Part shown: piece after piece, positions 24,947 through 36,683 of the stretch
How positions within the stretch are numbered: the first letter of the stretch is position 1
Layout: each line of letters opens with the position of its first letter
NCBI RefSeq assembly: GCF_020745735.1
Contig: NC_083408.1
Span: forward strand, 57,876,484 to 57,940,483
DNA: 64,000 nt
DNA from: Hemiscyllium ocellatum
Lineage: Eukaryota
Direction of reading: 5' to 3'
The notes under the pieces: generated by a model
What the model was told of the DNA's origin: nothing
The model's input: only the letters and a program-made list of their open reading frames with translations
Databases searched by the model: none
Made by a program: the position numbers and the translations under genes

Positions 24947-25750
24947 GGGCTGTATTTTATCAGAAGTTAGCTAGGTATCAGCTTTGGTGAGCTTCATGGA
25001 AGGTTTCCCTCCATGAGCCCAAGCAAGATTTCTCATGTTATTTTCCAAAACTCAGCTCATTAGCTATCCACCACGCCTCTGTTAAACCCTACCCATGACA
25101 TCCTTCCTCTTGTCAAAGGCGGAAGTGCACCCAGCTGCTCGGACATCCTGGGTTTCTTGGTACCAGTACAATGCAGTTGTTTACCCAATTCAAATATTGA
25201 AGCTCAATTTGAAAATGCCTGGTTTGGTTTTCTCATCCTGAGAATTGAGCAAGACATGGCAAACAGATACCCTGCTTTGACAGAAATTTGGAGGTGTTGT
25301 TGAATGAGGTAGCACAGAGGAGGGCCATCCTTTTTGCTCAGGACTATCAGAAGAGAGTACCCCACTAGACCCTGTCAGCTTGGTCCAAGGTTGCTACCAG
25401 GATTAATGCTCAACAGAGCTGCAAGAAGGTTGATGGGGGTGTCAGGGGGGGATGGAGTAGCGGGGACCGCAGGGACACAGAGTGGGATTTGGTTGGTGGT
25501 GCAGGTAATTGATGGCAAGGTATTGCAGTCCGACATATGGTGCATGGCGTTCAAGTTAGAAAGCCAGAGGAGCAAGCTACGTTGTCAGGTACCAGCTCCA
25601 ACTTTCACATCAGAAATTGTCGCTATCTAATTTCTGTCTAGCCGGAGGGAGAATTGGAAACTGCATATACAAGAGGCAAGGTTAAGTCATGGGGAGCTGT
25701 TAATGCATGCAACTTAATGTAAATAGTCCTCTCATTGCTGACTAACCAGA
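24947..25750 (+). mobile_element. Possible decayed Harbinger/PIF-type element (Myb/SANT-like fragment)
   Basis: Starts gggctgtatttt; FDRNLEVLLNEVAQRRAILF at ~25276-25335 resembles Harbinger Myb-like proteins. Confidence 0.4.
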
Positions 25751-27062
25751 TTCTCATCTCATGTTCAATAATTGGAGAATAGGCATATTTGATCTCAAAG
25801 GAAGAGTCTCATTACTGTTATTGATACCTGATTTCCCAATGATTTTATATCTGCCCACATCATTCAGAGGCTTGGATGATTCTGACATGTGTGCCTCTAT
25901 CTGTTGTTGACTTTTAACAAATGATCTTGTCCCTGTAGCTGTTACAAACCAAGATGCTATTGTGCATTGCACGGAGTTTTTTTTTAGCTGTCAGGAACAA
26001 GTCTGTGTTTTTTTAATCTTATCACTTATTTTCTTAGCTTTTCCCATTGAATCCATTTGGGTCACACTGTTTATTGTCTGGCTTCTTAAAGGTGTTTGGC
26101 TGTCTTCCAACAGTAAGGCATTCAAGGATTTTTATGGGTTCTTGTGATCTCTGTGTAACGTGTTCACCAGCTTCTTGGCAATGATTCAAATACTGCATAA
26201 TATGGTTTGCTTTTTACTTTTATTTTAATTTAATTAACACCTCAATTTCTTCATTAAATGGGTCACTTCCTTTACACAAGAATAATATCCAACTGTTGGC
26301 ACCTGGAATCCAGAAGAAATCATCAACATATGCCCAGAATCAATATTGCATCAAGTATGAACATCAAACAGCATGACTGTGCAACAAAACAGATGCCAAA
26401 TCAGAACAACACCACAACCAGAAGCATTACCTTTTCCAATTGCACCTAGATGCAACACATACAAAATATCCAGAAAAAAATATTCTGAAAACTTATAGTT
26501 GCCTCCAGCGAGGAATGCCATAACTAAAGTTGGACAAATAAGCCAGCTGCCAATAATCTTTAGAAATTTGTAATTTATTGGTGTGTGCTAAAGTACATTC
26601 AGACCACAAAACTTTAAGAAAGTGCATCTTAGACTGCTGTTAATTATTATTTTCCTTGAGATGAAGACAAACATTCCATGATTGTGACATCTGAAGTGGC
26701 AGTAATAGAAGCAAAATGTGTTACACCATTCCCCCACTGAACGTGGCCTAGCTATAATCTTATCCTGATGCAAAGAACCCATATTATTGCGTCATCTATC
26801 CTTGTTTAATATTATGTCTGGAAGAAGAATGTAACATCTGTCACACAATCTTCATGCCTAACCTAAAGATGATTTGTCATTAATTTAATAATTAATCTGA
26901 GCACCCTTAATATGTTTTTCCTTTGGCTTATTTTCCTTCTTATAAAAGTTTATTTATAGACTTTCTTTAGTAGTAAGATGGTTTGCTTTCATTTGTGGAT
27001 TTGGTAGCTAGCAGTCTCAGTGATGAGTCACTTGTTGTCCTTTTGCTCCTGATGTTGCGCTA

Positions 27063-27498
27063 GTCATAGGGTCATACAGATGCGCAGTACAGAAACAGAC
27101 CCTTCAATCCAACTCGTCTGTGCCGACCAGATATCCCAACCTAATCTAGTCCCATTTGCCAGTACTTGGCCCATTTCCCTCTAAACCCTTCCTATTCATA
27201 TACCCATCCAGATGCCTTTTGAATGTTGCAATTCTACTTGCCTCCACCTCTTCCTCTGGCAACTCATTCCATACAAACACCACCCTCTACGTGAAAAAGT
27301 TGTCCCTTAAGTTCCTTTTATATCTTTCCCCTCTCACCCTAAACCTATGCCCTCTAGTTCTGGACTCCCACATCCCAAAGAAAAGACTTTGTCTATTTAT
27401 CCGATCCATGACCATCATAATTTTATAAATCTTTATAAGGTGACCCCCTCAGCCTCCATGTTCTGGGAAAACAGCCCCAGACTATTCAGCCTCTCCCT
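27063..27498 (-). mobile_element. CR1 3' end
   Basis: CR1 tail and ORF2 C-terminal sequence. Confidence 0.9.
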
Positions 27499-27499
27499 T

Positions 27500-30400
27500 T
27501 ATGCTTGCCATTGACATTGATCACATTTGATCGTGTGAGTGATGTTGTCTCACTTGTTAGGAGTGTTATTGACTTTGTTGGGTGATTTTACTACTTCTCC
27601 AGCTTAGATTTAGACCAATAAGGGCCATTTCATTTGCATTTTCTTACCAGTTTCGGACTTGACAATGAATGATCTTGAAACCACAAAGGATCCAGGTTTG
27701 ATCCAGGACTGTACATAGTTTTGTTCTCATAACTACTTGGAAAGGATTTGACAAGCTTGTTAAAGTGTTGATCTCTTTCTGTCTATGCATCAACCAGCTG
27801 TTGTTTTTCGTTTTTCTGATTATTTGAGGGTGTGCCTTGGTTAGCAAACATTTCTTTAACTTCCTGGTATAGAGTAGCTCTGGAGTCAATTTAATGTCAG
27901 TCTTGAGAGGTGTAGCACAATAAGCCAGGAGTTGGATTTAATGACCGTCCTTCTATTTCTGTCCGATAATGTTTAGTCCATGTTATCTGCAACATCTTTA
28001 AACTTGCTGGAGGTGAATTGGGTTCCATTGTCATATATTACTCTTTCGTGAATCGCTTGCTCAGCAAGCAGAACTCACCCTACTGAGTTGATTATTGTAA
28101 CTGTCCAATCTTTCACCTTTCTAATAAAAGGGAACTTTGAGTAATAGTCATCAAGTATGTGATATCACTCATGACTATGTGAGTAGATAGGTTCCCACAT
28201 TTTATCATGAATGCATTCAGTATCAATCATCTCTTTCTGCTGTGTATTTTGATACTTTTGGCATGTAGATAGATGCCTATCCAGTATATAGCTAATTTGG
28301 CTCAGAACTTACACTTGTCCATTCTCATGTGACTTTTCTATACATCTTCTGGTGATTTTATGCATTGTTTTGAGTATGAAGATTCTGAATCCAGCCAGAA
28401 GAACACCATCTTCTGGTGAGATGTTATCTCTGATTGATTAAGGCTACTCTGTTGCTAGCTTTATTTGTGGTAACTTATCCCGACATCCCCGGATCATTTG
28501 TTGAGACAGCATCTGTAATTCTGTCTCTGCCGATCTCATTTCGAATTTGATTCATATTGTGATGTAATTTCAATTGGTTATGGATCTACACCTCTTCTAT
28601 CTCAGATTTTTCATGTGGTGACAGATAGGTTGGGCATCTTCTGGCACCGTTCATTTTGTTGGCCTGTATTTCTGTGTGAATGCAAATTGGATGTGAATGC
28701 TATCAATTGTCCAACTTGTACCAGGGCTGCTCACAATTCTTTTGTAGAAACATGGCTTTGCAGAGTGACCAGTTTTTCTGTGTAGTAGTATTCTAGACTG
28801 GTCTGCTTACATGCTACTTGTGTAAAATTACTGGTACTCCTTTTGTGTGACTCTAACCACTGTCACTCAACATTTGGCCTCATCAATTCATGTGGTTTTG
28901 CTGTGTGTTCTCACATGTGATGCATGAAAGAACTCATGTACTGGATCAAGCCATGGAAACTTCTCAGTTCTTTTTTCTTGGAACTTCTGTTGTAAGGATA
29001 ACTATGTATTTTTCATGATTCTGTTCAACTTGCTCAGGTCTGTGCACCATTCAGTTAACTTCATAAATATAGCAGTTACACTCTTTTTCATTATCGCCAT
29101 GGATCTGGATATTATCAGCTTTGGCAAATGCTCCTTTGTATAACTTGTGTTTCTCACCTCTTTTCTGTGGATTATATCTTGTCTCTTTCTAAGGCCAAAA
29201 CGTATTTGTATCACTGAAAGAGTGTGTTAAGTATTATCAACAGTGAAGATTCATAGTCAGGCTTTGCCTTCCACTATCCATTTCCTGCAGCAGGATTGTT
29301 GAAAGTTTTTGCACCATTGATTGCTGGTGTTATTACTTTCAGTATTTGAAAAGCATAATAATTTCTCATTATTTAAGACATTAATTAATTAATTTGGGAT
29401 CCAGGCAAATTAGTAGTGCCCAATTTTTGGATAAGTACATGGATGATGATGGGATAGCGTAGGGGAACGAGCTGAGAATAGTTCACAGGTCAGCACAACA
29501 TTGAGGGCCGAAGGGCCTGTTCTGCGCAGTATTGTTCTATGTTCGATGTTCTCATAACAATCAAATTCACTTACTCTGTCGGTCCCATCGCTCTGGTGAT
29601 CACCTCCCATCTATTGGAGCTCTTCTTCAAGCTTTCCTTCTAGATCTTTATTGGTACTTTATGTGGAGGATGGATTGTTGGCCTCTTCATTGGATCAATA
29701 ATACTCAAAACCTTCAAACCATCCACTGTCTCATGAAAACAGTCTGATACATTCTGGACAGATTTTTATTTTTTGTGATTGAAGGTTGCTGTATCATGGG
29801 TACAGTGTCTTCAGTCACTAATTCCTCCTTCACCTTATGGTTTGCTTAGATTAGCTGCACTTGTCATAACTGCAGAACATCATAGAATCTGAAATGAACA
29901 ATCCTTCCTTTGTGCATTCCTCAGATTTGGATTGTTTCCACTGGATGACTCTGAATTCCGCCATATATTTTCAGAATTGAGTTGCTCAGGTTCTGAGCAG
30001 CATCCTTGGCATAACTATTTTCCTCCAGATTTTCAGGAAGACTGGTCTCGTATAGTCTGGACAGAATGATGCTTCTCTGCGCTCTGATGTCAAGCTTCAG
30101 CTTCAGATTAATGTTTCTGCATTTACCTTTCACCCACATTCTGACCTGACTGGTTGTGTGTATTTAATGTTGTAGCCAGATATTTCATGCAGTAATTGTT
30201 ATACATTAGAAGATAATTGTATTTAAACAATCTCCGAGTCCACATATTCAGTGAGAGCTTTCTTTTTCGGTTAAACACATTCCGTACAACTCACTCATCC
30301 ATGTTCTCTCATACCATTAGGTACCAGGCTTCCTGTCAGACCATATTTGATGATAACAATTATATTGTTCCAAAATCTATTGAATTCTGAAACTCTTCAT

Positions 30401-30590
30401 CAACTTCCACAGTGAGATTTATTTTTAAATTTACCATATTCCTCTACTTTTGGCAACTCCTTCACTATCTTTTTTCTTTTATTCTAAATAACTTTTCACA
30501 ATAATTAGGCTTTCTGTCAGCAGTGCAGTTTGATCTGTATGCAGGACACTTCCTTTTGTTTTGAACTTATCATCATCCATTGCTTGTGCC
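27500..30590 (-). mobile_element. Decayed Gypsy pol remnant
   Basis: Protease-like LKLKLDIRAQRSII (~30100); post-RT ELRSFHGLIQYMSSF (~28930-28970); integrase-tail-like sequence at ~27650. Confidence 0.65.
29415..29553 (+). mobile_element. Short CR1 3' tail
   Basis: gagggccgaagggcctgttctgcgc followed by (gttctat)n tail. Confidence 0.75.
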
Positions 30591-30593
30591 AGA

Positions 30594-30875
30594 GAATAGA
30601 ATTTTGTAGTACAGAAGGAGGCCATTCAACCAATCAAATTTGTATTAACTCCTAAAAGAGCTATTCAGCTGGCCCCATTCTCTAGCCCTATTTCCATAAC
30701 CTAAATTCACCACTTTCAAATATATATCCAGCTCTCATTTGAAATCTCCTATGGAATCTGGATCACTCTCCCAGGTAGTGCATTCCCAATCTTAATCATC
30801 TCCTGCGTAAAAAGGTTTCTCATCTCACTCCTAGCTCTCTTGATGACCATCTTGAAATTGCGACATCTAGCTCTT
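30594..30875 (-). mobile_element. Old CR1 3' end
   Basis: acagaaggaggccattcaacc...; NFKMVIKRARSEMRNLFTQEMI..NALP. Confidence 0.7.
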
Positions 30876-30983
30876 CCATGTTTTTCTTTCTGATATGCAT
30901 TCTTTACTTGCTGTTTCATTGAATCAATCCTTCTGCCTTTCCATTGATGTAACTGAAGGTTAGCCATTTCTAAACTGTATCGA

Positions 30984-31706
30984 TCGCCCTGAACTGTAGC
31001 TGTGGGTTAATCACTGTATCGATGGCCATTTTATTTTTGCTTGATTCACATTTTCTCTCTTACTCTAAGACATTAATTTGGGCTGATTTTTCTCACTCTA
31101 ATTAGTAAGCTTTTTTGTCTGTTTACCTTTGGCTCCATCTGCTCTGGCAATGTTTATAGCTTGCATAATGTAAGCTTGTCCTTTCCAATCAGATCTTTCT
31201 ATATTCAGCGTGTGCAGAACCCCAGTGAACTGAGCTACCAGCCTTTATTCAATTTCTTCAAGAATTGAAGCCAATGAGTGTAAATTCAATTTCATTAAGA
31301 AATTGTCAACAGGCGCACCTGCCTTAGGGTTTGAAATTCATATTGGCAGAGCTGAAGGTTTGTCTTTGGCTGGGAATGTGTGCTGAATTCCTCAAAACGT
31401 TGTCTGGGTTTTACTGTCTTGCTTACTGATCTCCCACTCATTAAACAGATATAAACCTTTGTAACCTGCTCAGAAAAGATTGTTTTGATCCTTTCATCTT
31501 TACCAACACGTGTTAGAAAACTACTGAACTGAATTTGTGTTCGGTCTTCTCAAATGCCTCTATGACTTTTATCAACCTCTCAATTCGCCCTGAACTGTAG
31601 CTGTGGGTTAATCACTGTATCGATGGCCGTTTTATTTTTGCTTGATTCACATTTTCTCTCTTACTCTAAGACATTAATTTGGGCTGATTTTTCTCACTCT
31701 AATTAG
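30984..31706 (+). repeat. 122-bp direct duplication (30984-31105 and 31585-31706)
   Basis: Identical except for one a/g difference. Confidence 0.95.
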
Positions 31707-32099
31707 CATTTGATGCGAACATGTTTAACTGTTTGTGCTTTATCCCCAGACACCTGCCACTATGTTATGTCTTGTGATTCCCAGAAATTTGAAATAGTCA
31801 CACTTTCCAGGTTTAAATATAAACCTTTGTCATGTGTACTTCTCAGAATATACCATGTGTTGCAGAGTGATGCATTGTCAGTTCAATACACAGATTTCCA
31901 TGCACTAATGTATGGTGTGTACTTGTGTATACATAGACTTGAATGCATAGATCCTAAAGGATATTGGAATAACATACAATGGCACAGTCATGAAACAAAG
32001 ATGTTTTTCGTTAAGGTGCGAGAAACTGCATAGTAGCCTACTGTGAATATTATTGTTAACCATAAAGAAAAAAAGAGACAACATTGATTGAGCTAAAAA

Positions 32100-32980
32100 G
32101 AAGCAAAATGGAAGCAGAGATCATGATCTGAAAGTTTTGGAGTCAGTGTTAAGTCCACAGATCTGTAGAGTATTGATTCATAAGATGAAGTTCTTCAAGT
32201 TAGTTTTCATGTTCTTTGGAAGACTGTCACCGACCAAAGGCAGAATGGTCAGACTTGGAGCAAGTTTGAAGAATCGAAACAACAAGCGATGAAAGTTCAG
32301 TATGCTTGCAAACTGAATAGAAACCTTCACCCCAGTGTAGCAGAGACTACACTATCAGCAATGAATATGATATAGTATAACAGAAAGAAGTAAAAATTCA
32401 TCATTACTTCCTTTGGATAGAGTACTTTAAATCCTTGGACGTGTGATTCTATCAGTTCTGATTTGCATCTCCTGTGCTTTTATGGAAAGGTGCTGGGGAG
32501 AGGGAAATTGTGATGATTTGCTTGTATTTTCAGTTCTCCTCCTTGCTCCCAAATCTTCTAGCCTTGGCCAGCTATGATGTATGAGTGAAGATTAACAAAA
32601 CCCAAGGAACAACACCTCATTCTTCAACTCAGCAATCTATAGCCTTCTGACCTAAATATTGGATTCAACAATTTTGAATGATAACCTCTTCCTCCATTTT
32701 GTTACAATATTTTGCTGATTTGGTTTTGTTTCACTTCCTTCCTGTTGCATGCTATTAACCTCTGTGCAGCTATTCATACCTCATCTGGCAACATCTTTAA
32801 TCGTATTACTATATCCAGTGATACTCACATTGTCTTTTATACTGTTAAAAACTTCTGTTGTTTAATGTCTGCCACCTTCACTGTGCCATAGGTAATCATC
32901 TTTGTCCATCCATACCCCCCTCTTATCAGTTGCTCAGAAATTGTTAACTTTCTATCTTTTGTTGGTTCTGATAATATGAA
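32100..32980. mobile_element. Old PLE remnant with inverted GIY-YIG tail/pLTR
   Basis: Minus-strand endonuclease tail at ~32130-32500 and an inverted copy EQHLILQLSNL*PSDLNIGFNNF at ~32605-32675. Confidence 0.55.
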
Positions 32981-33478
32981 ATGCTGGTAGAATTTTGTGG
33001 ATAACAGTCAAGAGTCCCAGTAGCATCTGGAGATCTGTTTTGGTAACTTGCAACATAGCTCATAAATAAGCTGCCAATGAGCTTGCTGTCCAGTGCAGCA
33101 CAGCCACTCATCTGCCCATTTCCTCAGTCAGCAGCTTAAACATCACCAAGACATGGCTACTGCTGGAAAAGAAAAAAAGTTCTGCAGCTTACTCAAGCGA
33201 GGCCAAAGAAACTCAAGTAAAACTTCAAAATTTTATTAGTGGAGGGAAATGATTATGCCAAAGGGGTTGCTTCCCGGTTTCGTTTTGGAATAAAGGATGC
33301 TTCTCTGCCCAAGCTGCTGCTGGGAGGCCGGGACTGATGATGGTAGTGGTGGTGGGCGGAAGGTAAATCTACCATTGACAAAAGGCCAATAATTTGATAA
33401 AATTTCCTTAGTCGGCTACTTGAAAATTTTCAATTTGCTTCCTGCCTCCTTGTGGCAGAAAGCTGGTCCCACTGTCAG

Positions 33479-33691
33479 AAAGTGAGCACAGTAGATGCTG
33501 GAGATCAGAGTCGAGAGTGTGTTGCTAGAAAAGCACAGCTGGTCAGGCAACATCCGAGGAGCAGGAGAATCGACGTTTCACAGGAAGCAGGAGAATCAAC
33601 GTTTTGAGAGCTTATGCCCAAAACATTGATTCTCCTGCTTCTTGGATACTGCCTGACCAGCTGTGCTTTTCCAGCACTACACTCTCTGGTT
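33479..33691. mobile_element. Palindromic PLE-pLTR mini-insertion
   Basis: TSD ccactgtcag (33469-33478, 33692-33701); apex rearranged within the hammerhead motif. Confidence 0.8.
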
Positions 33692-34224
33692 CCACTGTCA
33701 GTCAGTTCTGGAAGCATGAGTTTCTTAGGCACACCAGGCCGAAAGTGCACCACGCCAGGCTGAGAGGATACCATGACAGGCCGGCAGGTCAGCTTGCCAG
33801 GTCCGGTCTGTGCTGAGTCTGAGGGCAGGAGAAGAAGGAAAGAGAAGAAGGAAAGAAAACAGAAATGAGAAGAGAAAAAGAGAAAAAAATAGAAATGGAA
33901 TGAGCAAACAAACTCTATCTGAAGTGCTGTAATCTACCACCATCTTGGTTTTACTTCAAGAAAAAGTAACAGCAAATGTTTTCCAAGGTGTAATTGTGGC
34001 ATATAATCATATGCTGTCTTCTACATTATGCAGATTATGAATTTTAAGCATTGTTCAGAAGCTGGACAAGTGTTAATCAATCCACAGCCAATAGACTAAT
34101 TCTGTAGCTTTACCACATCCAGTCAGAAAGTGTGAGGGCAACCAGGCAACTGAAACAAAAGCCATATTCCGCAGACGAAGAGAGGTCATCAATTTGAAAT
34201 CAGCTCTGCTTTCCTCCATAAATG

Positions 34225-35294
34225 GGCAGAGGTGGATACTGCAGATGCTGGAGATTAGAATCAAGATTAGAGTCGTGCTAGCAAAGCACAGCAGGTGAGG
34301 CAGCATCTGAGGAGAAGGAAAACCGAATGTTTTGGGCAAAAACCCTTCATCAGGAATGAGGCTGGGAGCCTCGGGGGTGGAGAGATAAATGGGAGGGAAT
34401 GTTTTCTGAAGTGCTCTTTGAGAAGGCGTCCGGGTTCCCTAGTGTAGAAGAGACTGCATCGCGAGTAATGGACACAATAAATGATGGGTGGAAGTGCAGG
34501 TGAAATGTTGATGGATGGAAGGCTCATTTGGGGCTTTGGACAGAGGTGAGGGGGAGAGGTGTGGGCACAGATTTTGCAATTCCTGCAGTGGCAGGGGAAG
34601 GTGCCAGGAGTGGAGGGTGGGTTGTTGGAGGGCGTGGACCTGACCAGGTAGTCGCGGAGGGAACGGTCTTTTCGGAAAGCAGATTGGAGTGGGAAGGGGA
34701 ATATATCCCTGGGGTCTGTTTGAAGCTGGTGGAAATGTCAGCAGCTGATGTGATTTATGCGGAGGTTGGTGGGTGGAAGGTGAGGTCCAGGTTTGTAAAA
34801 AATGTCAGTGTTGAGTTGATCATCATCGATGGAGATCGAGAGGTCCAAGAAGAGGAGGGAGGTGTCAGAGATGGTCCAGGTGAATTTAAGGTCGGGGTGG
34901 AATGTATTGGTGAAATTGATGAACTGTTCAACCTCCTTGTGAGGGCATGAAGTGGCACTGATGCAGTTATCAATGTAGCAGAGGTGAGTAGTACTCACCT
35001 TCCACCCCACCAACCTTCCAGCTCAGCACTGTCCTCATGACCTGTCCCACCTGTCAATCTTCCTTCCCATCTATCTGCTCCACCCTCCTCTCTGACCTAT
35101 CACCTTCACCCCCACTTCAATCTGCCGATTGCACTTTCAGCTACCTTCTCCCCAGCCCTACCCCCTCCGATTTATCTTTGAAACCTTCAGGCTCCCAGTC
35201 TCATCCCTGATGAAGGGCCTTTGCCTGAAACATCGATTTTCCTGCTCCTCGAACGCTGCCTGACCTGCTGTGCTTTGCCAGCACCACTCTAATT
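34225..35294 (-). mobile_element. Penelope-like element, 5'-truncated, with inverted upstream pLTR
   Basis: RT peptide YIDNCI..FINFTNTFHPDLKFTW..FLDLSI and GIY-YIG remnant; inverted pLTR 34995-35294; ~15-bp imperfect TSD (34210-34224, 35295-35309). Confidence 0.85.
35203..35238 (+). ncRNA. Hammerhead motif in inverted pLTR (decayed)
   Basis: CTGATGA-a-GGGC cttt GCCT-GAAA-ca-TC. Confidence 0.55.
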
Positions 35295-35377
35295 TTTCAT
35301 CCATAGATGTTGCTTGACCAGCTGAGTTTGTTTTGCTCTTACTTAGGAACTGGATGAGATTTCATTGCAATCCATAA

Positions 35378-35955
35378 ATTCATTTATGGGATGTGGGTGT
35401 TTCTGGCTGGCCAGCATGTATTGCCCATTCCTAGTTCGCCTAAGAAGGTGGTGGTGAGCTGCCTTCTTGAACTGTTGCAGTCCGCCTGCTTCGGGTTGAC
35501 CCGCAGTGCCATTAGGTCGGGAATTTCAGAATTTTGACCCAGTGGCAATGAAGAAACCATGATATATTTCCAAGTCAGGATAGTGAGTGGCTTGGAAGAG
35601 AACTTGAAAGTGTTGTGTTCTGATATATCTGCTGCCCTTGTCCTTCCAGATGGAAGTGGTCATAGGTTTGGAAGGTGTTATCTGAGGACTTTTGCTGAAT
35701 TTCTCCAGTGCATCTTGCAGATCGTACATGCTGCTGATACTAAATGTTGGTGGTAGAGGGATGGGATGCTTGCGGATGCAATGCCATTCAAGTGGGCTAC
35801 TTTGTCCTGTATGCTGTCAAGCTTCTTGAGTGTTGTTTGAGCTGCAGGTGAGGAGTATTCTATCACACTCCTGACTTCTGCCTTGAAGATGGTGGAGAGA
35901 CTTTGTGGTGTCAGGAAGTGAGACACTCGCTGCAGTATCTCTAGCCTCTGACCCC
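35378..35955 (-). mobile_element. CR1/L2-superfamily LINE (second family) 3' end
   Basis: QRLEILQRVSHFLTPQSLSTIFKAEVRSVIEYS..LKKLDSIQDK post-RT motif. Confidence 0.75.
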
Positions 35956-36601
35956 TTGGCAAAACAAGGTAAAATCAAACATAGGGTCTTGCAGGGGAGA
36001 TGGCAGAGAGATTCAGCATTGAACACCTTCTTCCATATAGCTGTTTCTTTGACCAGCAGCCTCAAAATGGGCTGACTAATTTATCTGAACAGCCAGACTG
36101 CTAAAACCCAAGTCAAATCAAACCAGAGAAAAGTCGAGCTGGGAGAACTGGCCATTCCCTTTCATTGTGCAATTGTTTTTTTTTAAACTTAAAAGCTTTT
36201 TCAAGTAGATCAAGCCAGACATTTCAGAATCTGTGTCATAAAACATTTTTTGAAAAAAAAATCCAAGGACAACATAAACTTGTCAATGGAGCTGCAGTAC
36301 CACACCATGTTCAGTTCGTGGCTTCTCGTGAATTGGCTGAGCTCAGCCAATGCAATGTTGAGAATACAATTGGAAAAGGATTGAGGAGAGGAAAAGCAAA
36401 ATGGGCATCAATTTAAAAGATTGCAATTCATCATTCATTTTTGAAGTTGTGGATGTGAAGATGGCCACAAGTAACAATGCTGGCCTTACCCATCTTCCCT
36501 TTCCTGCCCCATTTCTCGTGGTTGACTTCTTACTTGCTGCCTATGCTGGTACCCATGAGGCCTGTGACTTTACAGAGAGGAGTGAAGACATTTTTAAACG
36601 A

Positions 36602-36683
36602 ATGCTTTTGTTCCCTTAAGTGAAATTTTAAAAGAATTTTAAAAAATATTATTTTAAAATTTCACTTAAGGGAATAAAAACAT
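36602..36683. repeat. AT-rich hairpin/palindrome
   Basis: 36611-36633 is a perfect 23-bp reverse complement of 36652-36674; extends to ~32 bp with mismatches. Confidence 0.9.
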
